A stretch of DNA of 64,000 nucleotides, taken from the NCBI GenBank assembly GCA_964016885.1, contig OZ024753.1, forward strand, positions 1,674,001 through 1,738,000, read 5' to 3'. Shown piece by piece: positions 14,403-27,830 of this stretch. The number at the start of each line of letters is the position of its first letter. Positions within the stretch are counted from its first letter, which is position 1. Below the pieces are notes generated by a model, which saw only the letters and a list, made by a program, of their open reading frames with translations, made no database searches and was not told the origin of the DNA. The position numbers were made by a program, and so were the translations under genes. This stretch comes from Eledone cirrhosa (lineage: Eukaryota).

Positions 14403-14671
14403 CATATATATACATATATATATATACATATATATATATACATATATATATATATACATATATATACATATATATATATATACATATATATACATATATA
14501 CATATACATATATACATATATATACATATATATATATACACATATATATATACATATATATACACATATATATATACATATACATATACATACATATATA
14601 TATATACATATATATATATATACATATACATACATATATATATATATACATATATATATACATATACATAC

Positions 14672-14704
<33 letters not shown>

Positions 14705-15997
14705 CATATATACATATATATATATATACATATATATACATATATATATATACATATATATATACATATATATATACATATACATATATATATACATATA
14801 TATATACATATACATATATATATACATATATATATACATATATATATACATATATATATACATATACATATATATATACATATATATACATATATATATA
14901 TACATATATATATACATATATATATACATATACATATATATATACATATATATATACATATATATATACATATATATATACATATATATATACATATATA
15001 TATACATATATATACATATATATATACATATATATATACATATATATATACATATATATACATATATATATATACATATATACATATATATACATATATA
15101 TATATATACATATATACATATATATATACATATATACATATATATACATATATATATATACATATATACATATATATATACATATATATACATATATATA
15201 TATACATATACACATATATATACATATACATATATACATATATATACATATATATATATACATATACACATATATATACATATACATATATACATATACA
15301 CACATATACATATACACACATATACATATACACACATATACATACATATACATATACATACATATACATATACATACATATATATATACATACATATATA
15401 TATATATATATATACATACATATACATATATATATACATACATATACATATACATACATATACATATACATATACATACATATACATATATACATACATA
15501 TACATATATATATATATACATACATATACATATATACATACATATACATATACATATATATATATACATACATATACATATACATACATATACATATATA
15601 TATATACATACACATACATATACATATATATATATACATACATATACATATATACATACATATACATATATACATACATATACATATATATATACATACA
15701 TATACATATATACATACATATACATATATACATACATATACATATATACATACATATACATATATACATACATATACATATATACATACATATACATATA
15801 TACATACATATACATATATATATATACATACATACACATATATATATATACATACATACACATATATACATACATATACATATACATACATATACATACA
15901 TATATATACATATACATACATATATATATATATATATATACATACATATATATATATACATACATATATATATATACATACATACATATATATATAC

Positions 15998-16070
<73 letters not shown>

Positions 16071-16103
16071 CATATATACATACATATATATATACATACA
16101 TAC

Positions 16104-16134
<31 letters not shown>

Positions 16135-16150
16135 GACATCATATACATAC
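13402..16150. repeat. About 2.7 kb (TATATACA)/(TACA)-type microsatellite
   Basis: Direct reading. Confidence 0.95.
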
Positions 16151-16476
16151 ATCATTTATTCTTGTAATTCCAAAATTCCAATAATTTGTTTTCGTTATAT
16201 GCCCCACCAATATCCCAATAAACATATAAAAATCAGTTTCTACAACACTTCCTTCCAACTAATTATATTTACGATAGTTTATTTACTGAAACTGCTGATC
16301 ATATTTAATGAATGGATCTCAAGAAATAATTACTCAGATTTTATTTTTCACACTTCACTTACAAATCAAAGGAAAACAGCCAATACATGAAATTAATGCG
16401 TAATTTTTGTATGCATATAGGATAAATACTCCGATGTATATAGACATAAGTTTATATATATATATATATATATATA

Positions 16477-16937
16477 TACAATATTAAATAAATGGAAAAC
16501 TATATTTATAAAACCATATTTATTTCATTATATATATTTCGGGGATATCATATTAACAATATGCTATGCCTTCATCAGACAAAATACAATATAAACAGTT
16601 TTATAGATAAATATATTCGACATACCGTAATAAACATCAACTTCATTTGAAGAGGTTCACTCTGCTAGAGTGAACCTCTTCAAATGAAGTTGATGTTTAT
16701 TACGGTATGTCGAATATATTTATCTATAAAACTGTTTATATTGTATTTTGTCTGATGAAGGCATAGCATATTGTTAATATGATATCCCCGAAATATATAT
16801 AATGAAATAAATATGGTTTTATAAATATAGTTTTCCATTTATTTAATATTGTAAATATACTCCAAGTATTTGTCGAGTGCTTTTATATCAGTTATAAATA
16901 TTTACTAGTTGTAACCCAACAATTTTAAATATAACTT

Positions 16938-16942
<5 letters not shown>
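16477..16942. mobile_element. 187-bp perfect fold-back palindrome with hammerhead motif (family C), in (TA)n
   Basis: Arms 16477-16663 and 16667-16853 with a 3-nt loop GCT. CTGATGA at 16752-16758, extended helix II, GAAA at 16790-16793, then TATATAT and AATAAA. Unpaired tail runs to about 16942. Confidence 0.8.
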
Positions 16943-16984
<42 letters not shown>

Positions 16985-16987
<3 letters not shown>

Positions 16988-17632
16988 CTTACTATTTTAT
17001 CTGTTCCAGCCATCCTGCTGAGGGTATGTTTGTTGCTACACTTTCTCTATCCAGACTGAGTTGGCTGACCATAGATGTAGGAGTTCCTTTTGTTGCTACC
17101 CTAAAATTACCTTCCTTCCGTGCTGTGGGTTCATCTGGAATCCTGGATAGCTGTCAAAATGTTACTTGAAAGCATCCACGTCCACACCATGCAGATCTCT
17201 CAATTTTGGCAGCTTATTAAAAAGTTGAGGGCCTTTGAAGTACAGGCTATTGCAATATCCGTTCGTTACTCTAGATGCGAAAGACGGGACATTTGGCAGT
17301 ACACTGACGTTAGGTTCGAGTGTTTGTCCAGCTCTCAATACCAAAGTTTGGTGCTAGTCCCTCCAGGTTCGTCCATATGTTTATCACTACGTACCTCTCC
17401 CGCCTTCGTTGTAAGAAAGAGATTTAGTTCTTTTAGCTTTTCCCAGCAGCTCATCTCCTTCATCATGGCAATCCTCTTGGTGTAGCTTCATTTGATTGCT
17501 TTAAATTCTGTGGTTAGTTTGACACTATGGGGTGATCACAGTTGAGAGTAATAGTTCAGTTGGCTTGGGACAAATATCCTCCATAGTACCCACATAGTTT
17601 CTAGGTCTCTTATCTTGAAAGTCCTCAAGATC
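16985..17632 (-). pseudogene. CR1-group LINE, 3' end of ORF2 plus 3' UTR
   Basis: Minus frames give ILRTFKIRD..MWVLWRIFVPSQLNYYSQL*SP, MSCWEKLKELNLF and GPQLFNKLPKLRDLHGVDVDAFK, with stops and frameshifts. Confidence 0.8.
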
Positions 17633-17845
17633 TAGCCAGCGAGTCGTTTGCACATTGCCACCATTTTTATGATGTATGAATAAAACGAGGCATCGTCGCT
17701 ATGTCTATACTCAAGTTTCATATCGATTTCGACACGGAGATTTCGATGCCTTATGGTCGAAAGTAGCTTTGTTGTACTGTCCTTTTGATCTTGTAGCACT
17801 TGAACAATTTTTTCCAGCATTAATTGCAAAAGAGTAGCAAGGCGC

Positions 17846-17847
<2 letters not shown>

Positions 17848-17885
<38 letters not shown>

Positions 17886-17953
17886 TTTACCTGTTCCAGC
17901 TATCCGGGGCACCGCCCTTATATATATATATATACATATATATATACACACAC

Positions 17954-17984
<31 letters not shown>

Positions 17985-18374
17985 TTTACCTGTTCCAGCT
18001 ATCCGGGGCACCGCCCTTATATATATATATATACATATATACACACACACACATATATATATATATATACACACACACATATATATATATATATACACAC
18101 ACACATATATATATATATATACACACACACATATATATATATATATACACACACACATATATATATATATATACACACACACATATATATATATATATAC
18201 ACACACACATATATATATATATATACACACACACATATATATATATATACACACACACATATATATATATATACACACACACACATATATATATATATAC
18301 ACACACACACATATATATATATACACACACACACATATATATATATATACACACACACACACATATATATATAT

Positions 18375-18463
<89 letters not shown>

Positions 18464-18528
18464 CACACACATATATATATATATACACACACATATATAT
18501 ATATATACACACACATATATATATATAT

Positions 18529-18567
<39 letters not shown>

Positions 18568-18972
18568 TATATATATATATATACACACACATATATATAT
18601 ATATATACACACACATATATATATATATATACACACACATATATATATACACACACATATATATATATATATACACACACATATATATATACACACACAT
18701 ATATATATATATACACACACATATATATATATACACACACATATATATATATATACACATATATATAGATGCATGTATGCATATATGTGTGTGTGTATGC
18801 ATATATGTGTGTGTGTATGCATATATGTGTGTGTGTATGCATATATGTGTGTGTGTATGCATATATGTGTGTGTGTATGCATATATGTGTGTGTGTATGC
18901 ATATATATGTGTGTGCGTGTATGTACGCATATGTGCGCGCGTGCGTGCGTGCGTGCGTGCGTGTGTGTGTGC
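17848..18972. repeat. (TA)n(CA)n compound array switching to a TATGCATATATGTGTGTG minisatellite; contains two 36-bp LINE-tail pieces
   Basis: Direct reading; inserts at 17884-17919 and 17983-18018. Confidence 0.9.
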
Positions 18973-19657
18973 AAATGCGAAGGTGTGAATGTTTATTCGT
19001 CAACCCACCCAGACAAATTGAATAAGTAAAAATCACAAGCTCAATAATGCGACGTGTGTATGTGTATATATATATATGTGTATATATATATGTGTGTATA
19101 TATATTTGATAATGGTCTCTGTAAATGCTATAATAACCAGTTGCCACTGTTTGTTTATTAGTGATATATTCTGAGATTAGTCATAACAATTCCAATATAT
19201 AGGCGTTGACCAATGCAACGTTATAATTTCTGAAGAATCTAAATATCGGTATAACAGTCTTCTTAATAAATAATCAGTAAAAACAATGACATTATCAAGT
19301 TGACGACGACAACAGCCATGTCGGCGGCGAAAGCATCGACGATGACGACTTTCGTAGATTTCTTTGTTCGATGTGGCGTTTGTGCTTGAATGTTGCTTTA
19401 TGTTGAGTTACATATATGATAGGTTGAGTTGAGCAGGATTGCTTGTATTCAATCAGTCTATAAAATAAGTATTTCTGTATATATACATTTATAAGCATGT
19501 ATTCATTGGTGTTTTTTTAATTATTATTGTACCTACAGCTACACACACACACATTCATACATGTGTATGTATATTCATATACACATATATATAGGAATAC
19601 ATACAAATAAGCACACGCACTCATATATATATGTATGTATATATATATATATATATA

Positions 19658-19721
19658 AAAACAAAGAAAGTGTGGTAAGGAACCAGGTGGACCATAACGC
19701 GTTCGGATCTAGCTGTCGAAA
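19658..19721. mobile_element. Family D fragment (inverted tail plus helix-II-loop start)
   Basis: AAACAAAGAAAGTGTGGTAAGGAACCAGGTGGACCATAACGC matches the 29921 and 52233 copies; GTTCGGATCTAGCTGTCGAAA matches 30210-30230. Confidence 0.75.
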
Positions 19722-20519
19722 TATATGTGTGTGTGTGTGGGGGGGGGGGGGGGTTAAAACCCGATGTCAGATGAGCCACGGAAAATATGTTTTGATATTG
19801 TAGATACTATCTGTCGGTCTTAACTCTTGGCTAAAGCATCACTGATTTTACGGTTAAAAAAGGTGGGATTTGAACTCAGAATGCATAATGTCTGAATAGA
19901 AACTGCAAAGCATCGTGTCGAAATATTTACTAAACCACTAGAGTTAGACTTCATTTTTTTAGAAATAGAAAAATAAAATACTAAAGTTGCAGGATTTGCA
20001 CCCAGAATACAAAGAATGGAACTAATACCCAGGTATTTAATCCGATTCTCTAACAACTCTACCTAATATAAACACAGACACACACTTACGCACGTACACA
20101 CACATAACATCTAAAATTGCTTGTAAATAGAAATTATCCATGTTTTTACTGAAAGACATGATATGCTAAAAAACGAAGTAAGAAACAAGAAAAAAGCTCC
20201 AGCGAGTATTACCGTAGCAAGAATGGATTCAACATTATTTTATATAACTGCATCAAATTAGGGTATTATCTAATTTACATATTTGCAAATACGTATGTTT
20301 ACATCATATTCTTTCTTTTAGAAAGTAAGAAAAACAATAAATAAAAATAAAGATGTTTCTTTCTTAAATGTGATTAATATTGATGACGAAATTGCTTTAA
20401 AGTTGGCGAAGAACATTTAATGGTTAAAATTCTTGACAAAAATCTCGTAACTAAACAAAATAAATTGATCAAAAAGTCAAATATATGTGATGTATATCTT
20501 CTTATCGTGTCCACAAGAG

Positions 20520-20800
20520 TGTCAGTTACAAAGCTTAGCTAGATGTGGTTCTGCCACAGCTGAACACATTGCTATCCTTTCTCATTAAACTCTGCCAAGT
20601 CCAATGCTGTGCAGGGGTGTTCCAGCAGGGGGCATATCGGGAGGTACTGCGTTGTCTATGGTTTGATGCCGCAGTCACACATAACGTCCCCATCTTTAAA
20701 TATCCCTATTTTTCAAGATTGACATTTGCACGTCCAGCACCAGATCTTATCTGTTTAGGCATTTCCACACTGCATAGTTTGTATCTGATCCAGGGGGATG
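20520..20800 (-). pseudogene. Ingi/Vingi-like LINE C-terminal fragment
   Basis: Frameshifted translation PPGSDTNYAVWKCLNR/RSGAGRANVNLEK*GY/CDCGIKP*TTQYLPICPLLEHPCTALDL, a CCHC-like zinc-finger region. Confidence 0.65.
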
Positions 20801-20817
20801 AATATCAAAAGAGTATA

Positions 20818-21050
20818 AGGCGTCGAATTGGAAGAGATTTTAGAACGTCGAATTGAATGTTTTGCGGGATTCGTTCTCGTTCTCTGCGTTCTGACTTCAA
20901 ATCTCGCTGAAATCAACGTTGCCTTTCATCGTTTTGAAATCGATAAAATTCCAGTCCAGTACTGGAGTTCATTCCCAACCTCTCTCTCATTCCCCTTCTT
21001 TAGAAGAAACCGACTATATGATCATGAGCAAAACACCCTAACCACTAAGT
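20818..21050 (+). mobile_element. SINE family 1
   Basis: GGCGTCGAATTGG head, GACTTCAAATCTCG, TTGCCTTTCATCG..TCGATAAAA core. Confidence 0.7.
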
Positions 21051-21362
21051 GACGCAGATCTGTCAAATCTCTCCGTCCCACGGGGAGATCTCACTTTGGG
21101 ATGGGTCTTCTCTTGTGAAAATGGGCATAGCTTTCATTATGTAAAATCTCCCTATTTTGCCGTATTTCTCCTCGTTTTGGAACCCTTTTTTTTCATAGTA
21201 CTCCCCGTTTTTAGAGCTTGGAAGATCTGGCTACGTTTCTTCACATACAGACAATCCTACACAGACACAGCCATTAATTGAACAATAACCTAGTCGATAT
21301 TTTCAACCAGTTACCAACGTTTATATACTGGAGCAGATGTAGACGAAATAATTTAGGAGATA

Positions 21363-21768
21363 CTAGCAGAATGGCCCGGTGTTGCTCGGGATTCTAAACA
21401 TAGATTGGCTGTTTATCCCTCCTTTCTGAAACAGTACAGAGAAGTACGGAATATCTCGGCCTCGGGATGGTGTCTACATTTTGTACTTATAAAAAAAATT
21501 CGTCGTAGATTACCAGGGTTTTTTTCCGTGCGAAGAAAATCAATACTTTATCGCGAAATAAATGCTTTTGTTTATATTTTTTTTTTTATTGTGTATGCAA
21601 AAATATCTGTACACGAATATATATATATATATATATTAAAATAACAGATTAAAGTTTAAGCAAAGAATCGCTGCTTTCACCCTTAACGGGATCTTCTGAA
21701 ACTAAAAAAAAAAAAAAAAAAAAAAAAATCAATCTGTGAACGCAGAAGTAAATATTTCGAAAAACGTT

Positions 21769-21817
<49 letters not shown>

Positions 21818-22138
21818 GTATACACATATATACACACACACACACATATGTAGCGTCATAATGTCGTAATGCAGATATACAGACATATTATAAGGGCTCA
21901 ACGTTATATCTATGTATGTATCTAAAAAGAAAGACTAAGAATTATAGAGAGAGATCATTAAATCGCCTAATGCGGTCCCCAGGGCATTGAAAATGTGAAA
22001 TGTGTTTTGCTCAAAACACTCACAAGACCATAAGTATTACACGTGTAAAGTTTGAAAAAAATAGGTTGGGTGGTTCTCGAGTTTTAAGGAGTGAGACAGA
22101 AAGACAGACAGACAAACATTCTGTTTTAGATATATAGA
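21363..22138 (-). mobile_element. Non-autonomous Helitron
   Basis: Minus strand starts TC(TATATA) at 22138, then a TGTC repeat. It ends with hairpin CCCGAGCAACACCGGG and CTAG (21366-21363), inserted between A and T. Confidence 0.7.
21638..21703 (-). ncRNA. Hammerhead-like fold, family E, nested in the Helitron's (TA)n tract
   Basis: AGTTT-CAGAAGA-TCCC(gttaa)GGGT-GAA-AGCA(gcgattctt)TGCT-T-AAACT. Confidence 0.55.
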
Positions 22139-22257
22139 TAAATAATTGTTTCTACTTTTGGCACAAGGCCAGCAATTACCCCCAGTGCATTACTGGTACT
22201 TTATATAGATAAATAATATATATAAGTTGTAATAATGTATAATGTATATATGTGCGT

Positions 22258-22478
22258 ATATATATGAGTGTGTATATGAGTGTGTATATGAGTGTGTATA
22301 TGAGTGTGTATATGAGTGTGTATATGAGTGTGTATATGAGTGTGTATATGAGTGTGTATTTGAGTGTGTATATGAGTGTGTATATGTGTATATGAGTGTG
22401 TATATGAGTGTGTATATGAGTGTGTATATGAGTGTGTATATGAGTGTGTATATGAGTGTGTATATGAGTGTGTATATG
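22258..22478. repeat. 12-bp minisatellite (TATGAGTGTGTA)n
   Basis: About 18 near-perfect units. Confidence 0.95.
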
Positions 22479-24401
22479 GAGGTGTATGCATATGTACGCT
22501 TGTATACACCTGAGAGTATGTATATACATGTATATTTACTATATATTGAGATATATTTTATTACATATCAGGAAGATATATTTATTTTCATGTCTATACA
22601 TTTCCAGCCATTGGGATGGTATGTGTGGGGGAAAACCTGATGTATCTTATGTTGTTGCTTACACATTGACTCTTTCTTTCTCCATATTTTCTATCTCCCT
22701 CCCTCCCTCTTCCGTTCCACCGATCTATAGCTAGAATCCAAAAGATGTGAGGGTTATATAAATATATTATTTATTTATGTTCATAGATGAATAAAAAAAG
22801 AAAGCATTACCCAAGGTTTCAAGGTTCATATTTGACCTCCAGATAACAAGAGGCATCAAAATAGTGACCTTTCTTCATACGCTAATATATATATATAATT
22901 GTATCCATGGTTAGTTAACTGCAGATGTACATTCTGAGGCTCTAATCGCTTCCATGGCAGTATTGGGCCACGACCAGTACTGAACTTTGAGTGCAAAGAT
23001 CTGGAACAATACCGCAATGAAACCCACCCAACACGCTGACGACATAGAAAAGGTCAATACAAACACTAAAAAACAAAAACAAACAAAGAAATAAAAACGT
23101 GTAGTTTGCACTTATTTACCTGTCTGGTGGTGAACTACGTTTAAATATACAATTAATTACGACTCAAGTAAATACAATTTTATCAATTAAAAAAAAAATC
23201 TTAATCTCTGCTCTTGATGACATCAATACATTCGTATAAAGTATCTGAATGAGTTCAATTAGATCATTGATTATTTATTTAATTATTTATGTTTTGTATT
23301 TCTAGTTCAAAATCAATATTTGTTTACAGTGGAAGCCATAAATCGCGAATTCAAGCAGCCGAAATAGGGTTTATTCCGAAAGGTCTTTTGTGTAACATTA
23401 CTCGAAAGTATGCGTAGCTCGAGGGCCAGGAAGTTATTCTAGAGAGTAGTGAAAGATATGTGGGTATGGTAAAGATTAAACTACATTACTTCTCATTTGT
23501 CTCTTCCTTTAGATATCCTGAAATAAGGACCACCACAGCTCTGGCAAAAATGTCTGGTAGATAAAAAATAAAGGAGTCCCCGATAATATAAATTAGTGAA
23601 ACTTGGTGGGGGTCCAGACCATACATCAATGAAACAAAGATATTTTCTCTGCCTCAGTGGAAAATCTAGGGTTTAACAGGGCTTGACCTCGTAGAAAAAA
23701 TAACTGAATTCTAAAAAAGAAGTATTCAAGTGTTATGTGTAGCTGAAGAGGCACCTGCTTTTTTATGAAAGACCAAAGCCCAGACACCCAGTCAGCGCAA
23801 ACAGAAGTGCTAAATCCGCCATAATTCTAAAATATTAATACTTTTTTGCATGTCATACATACCACCGTTTTCCAAAAGCATGCACCACACTATCAATTAA
23901 CTATTATAAACAACAAAATGAACACACAGACACAGAAATACTCACATCACAACCTTAAAAAATGGATCAAAACAATTTCGGGTTGAGGCCCGTTTCCACG
24001 CGGGACTTCATAAAATGATCTACTTCACACATTAGCCCTGTGCCTGATGTATTAAGACTAAGTGTTGCACAGCATTATATATCACCGTATGCAGCCTGCA
24101 GTCGCCGCCATGCTAGTGCCTTGAAACCTGGATTAGCGAAATACGTGTTCCGTGTATGAATAATAATAAAAACATCCCTTATTAGCAGTTTTTTCCTTTT
24201 TATTACGCTGAAGATTTATGCTACACACACACATTTACTGTATATATATATTTAAATAGGAATAAGAAATGTCAACAAGGTAAAATAAAAAAGAGAAAGA
24301 TGATATACATTAGTCTAAGGTTTCTATATGTATACATCTGCGCAGACATACAAATACAGGTAAATTGATATGTGTGTGTGTGTGTGTTTCTCTATATATC
24401 T

Positions 24402-24950
24402 AATAATTATTTCTACTTTTGGCACAAGGCCAGCAATTACCCAGTACATTACTGGTACTTTCTTTTATCGACCCCGTAAGGGTGAAAGGCGGGATTTGAA
24501 TTCAGATCGTAAAGGGAAAGCATGTCCGACCCTCTACCGCCCTTATATATCTAATAATGGTTTCTTATATAGGCACAAGGTCAGTAATTTGGGGGGAGGG
24601 GAAAGTCGATTAAATCGACCCCAGTGCGTGACTGGTACTTTATTTTATCGACCCCATAAGGATGAAAGGCTAAGTTAACCTCGGCGGGATTTGAGCTCAG
24701 ATCATAAAGAGCCGTAACTCTATAGGTCAAAGCATGGCGTCCGACTCTCTACCGATACTGCCAATCCACCGCCTTTATCTATCTAATAATTGTTTCTATT
24801 TTTGGCACAAGGCCAGCAATTACCCAGTGCATTACTGGTACTTTATTTTATCGACCCCGTAAGGATGAAAGGCAAAGTTAACCTCGGCGGTATTTGAACT
24901 CAGAATGACAAGGACCGTAACTCTATGCGTCAAAGCATGGTGTCCAACCC
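24402..24950 (-). mobile_element. Three head-to-tail family-1 SINEs
   Basis: Each is preceded by TATCTAATAAT; cores at about 24465, 24645 and 24850. Confidence 0.85.
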
Positions 24951-24999
24951 TCAGAACCAAGTGAAGAAACGTTTAAAGCAATTTATTCTTTACTAACAC

Positions 25000-25030
<31 letters not shown>

Positions 25031-25099
25031 ACATTATATATATACATTATATATAATAGGGGTGTAGATATACACAGACATACATACACGTATACACAC

Positions 25100-25137
<38 letters not shown>

Positions 25138-25558
25138 GTACGTGTGTGTGTATGGATGGATGTATCCACAAACAAACAAACAAACACAAATGGGTGCGCA
25201 AAATGTTTGCCTTCAGGTAAATCTATTTTTTAGGGGGCGGCGGTCGGGGAAGGTAAATCTATTTTTTAGGGGGCGGCGGTCGGGGAAGGGAAAGCTATCG
25301 GCAGAAATAGAAGCCATTAATTCCCCAGTGAAATCTGCTACTTTTTACGAAAATGCTATCAGCATTTTCACAAACTGTAATATTTTTTTCTGTAATGATT
25401 ATTGTCATGTTTGTTAAAATTGGTACAACGTTTCTACATTACTTTTAGTTAATCTGCTTCTTGTTCTGGCGTGGCTGTAGGCCGACATTTATATATTTAA
25501 CCCTGTACCTCGGCGAAAGATGCACTCTGTCTCTCACACACAAACACACACTCATAAG

Positions 25559-25604
<46 letters not shown>

Positions 25605-25651
25605 AACAAAAGATGGTTAAAAGAGTTCCATGTATTTTATTATGCGCATTT

Positions 25652-25654
<3 letters not shown>

Positions 25655-25689
<35 letters not shown>

Positions 25690-25921
25690 TTGTATATTAA
25701 AATATATATATATATACACACACATTTGTATATTAAAATATATATATATATATACACACATTTGTATATTAAAATATATATATATATATACACACATTTG
25801 TATATTAAAATATATATATATATACACACACATTTGTGTATTAAAATGTATATATATATATATACATATTTGTATATTAAAATATATATATATATATATA
25901 TATACACATTTGTATATTAAA

Positions 25922-25953
<32 letters not shown>

Positions 25954-26200
25954 TTGTATATTAAAATGTATATATATATACATACACACATTTGTGTATT
26001 AAAATGTATATATATATATAGACACACATTTGTATATTAAAATGTATATATATATACATACACACATTTGTGTATTAAAATGTATATATATATATATAGA
26101 CACACATTTGTATATTAAAATGTATATATATACATACACACATTTGTGTATTAAAATGTATATATATATATATAGACACACATTTGTATATTAAAATTTA
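25655..26200. repeat. Minisatellite: CACATTTGTATATTAAAA spacer alternating with variable (TA)n
   Basis: Direct reading. Confidence 0.95.
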
Positions 26201-26724
26201 TATATATATATATATACATACATACACACACAAATGTGCGTGTGTGTATACATACATACACATTTGTATGTATATATAATACATATATAAAGAAGGAGGG
26301 AGAGAGCGAGGGAGAGCCATATATACATACAGGTGCATGTAGAAATGTAGAAACGAATGAAAGCGCAATTAACACATAACATAAAGTTAAATATATAAAC
26401 TGTTTAACTTAAGTTTCGTAGACGTGTCTCTTTAAGCCTATGATCGATGGATGAAATCTGTTTGTCGTGGATCGCAGCGTAATTTTAACTTCGGATACAA
26501 AGAACCGATACAAATGTCGGAGTGTATCATACCCAACGTTCTATCGACTTGCCCTATCCATCATTCTAAGCTGCTACTTTATTTATTGAAAGGATAGAAT
26601 CAAAGTTGGCCTCGGTATGAGTTGACCTCAGAAGAAGGCGGAATACTATTACAAAGCGTTTTGTTGGACGATATAATGCTTCTGATATTTCGGCTACAAC
26701 TGCCAATCCACCGCCTACTTCCTG

Positions 26725-26943
26725 AATAATTCTTTCTACTTTAGGTACAAGGCCAGCAATTTAAAGGGGAGGGGAAAGTCGATTAAATCGACCCCAGTCC
26801 TCACTGGTGCTTTATTTTATCGACTCCGTAAGGGTGTAAAGCAAAGCTAACCTCAGCGGGATTTGAGCTCACAACGTAAAGGGCTGTAACTCTTCTGCGA
26901 AGCATGGTGTCCGACGCTCTACCAATACTACCAATCCTTCGCC
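26725..26943 (-). mobile_element. SINE family 1, flanked by older degenerate copies at about 26450-26715 and 26985-27140
   Basis: Full tail, core and head order on the minus strand. Confidence 0.8.
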
Positions 26944-27687
26944 CTTGCAACGGAAGTGCCTCACCTCGCTGATCATGGTTAATAGTTTATAAATTAGGGA
27001 CAAGGGCTTGCAATTTTGAAGGGAGGAAGAATTCGATTAAATCGACATCAGTGCTTCACATGTTTTATTTTATGAACGGTGAGATTAGAACTCAAAACGT
27101 TTTGCTTTCAGAAAAAATTCCCGCAAAGCATTTTGTCCGATGTAGTTACATTCGATTAGTCTATTTTCAGTTTAAAATGTTCAATATTTTAGTTTAGATC
27201 TATGACTATAGCGACTAAATATATCTCATAAAACAGGGATAAATTTGGTGCTCTTGTGAGAAATGAAGAATGATACATTAGACGCAAACTCATTAAAGTG
27301 CAGAAATTCGATGTCTTCCTGTCAATAACAGCAATCTGGTAACGATAATAAAGTTTCGTAACACATGAAGACAATAGCGGGTCCGAACTTAATGTTAAAT
27401 TCAATAACATTAAGTAGACGCAAAAGGAATACTGTGTTATGAAACCTAACACAAGGAAACCTTTCTGGTATATCTGGAATATGTTTCCAACAGGTAACTT
27501 CCTCGAAACGCATACAAAGACACAATAAAACTCCGAAATTGAGTAAGAAACCATTACCGATACGCTGAACGTCGTGTATATAATCTACACAGTTATCTCT
27601 ACTTTGCAAATACGTAACTATAGTAATATATTCATTAGACAAACTTTCCTCGTTCATTATTTGTATCAACAGAGTTGTGGTTGTGCA

Positions 27688-27830
27688 GTATCGGTAGAGC
27701 ATCGGACAACATGCTTTGCGGCATAGAGTTACGGCTCTTTGCAATCTGATTTTAATTCCCACTGAGGTTAGATTTACCTTTCATCCTTACGGGGTCGATA
27801 AAATAAAGTACCAGTAGCTGGGGTCAATTC
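27688..27830 (+). mobile_element. SINE family 1, partial
   Basis: GCAGTATCGGTAGAGC...TTTCATCCTTACGGGGTCGATAAAATAAAGTACCAG. Confidence 0.8.

Noticed and set aside
11058-16155. ORFs of 590-924 aa rich in Y/I/H/T/M/C/V, and similar ORFs at 10, 18, 31, 41, 50, 59 and 62 kb
   Set aside because: They are stop-free translations of TA/CA microsatellites, open in several frames on both strands.
25215-25290. Short direct duplications (35 bp here, about 48 bp at 56637-56722, 21 bp x3 at 42765-42830)
   Set aside because: Ordinary slippage duplications with no further structure.
27322-27762. 146-aa minus-strand ORF
   Set aside because: Starts inside a SINE; no recognisable motif or splice support.
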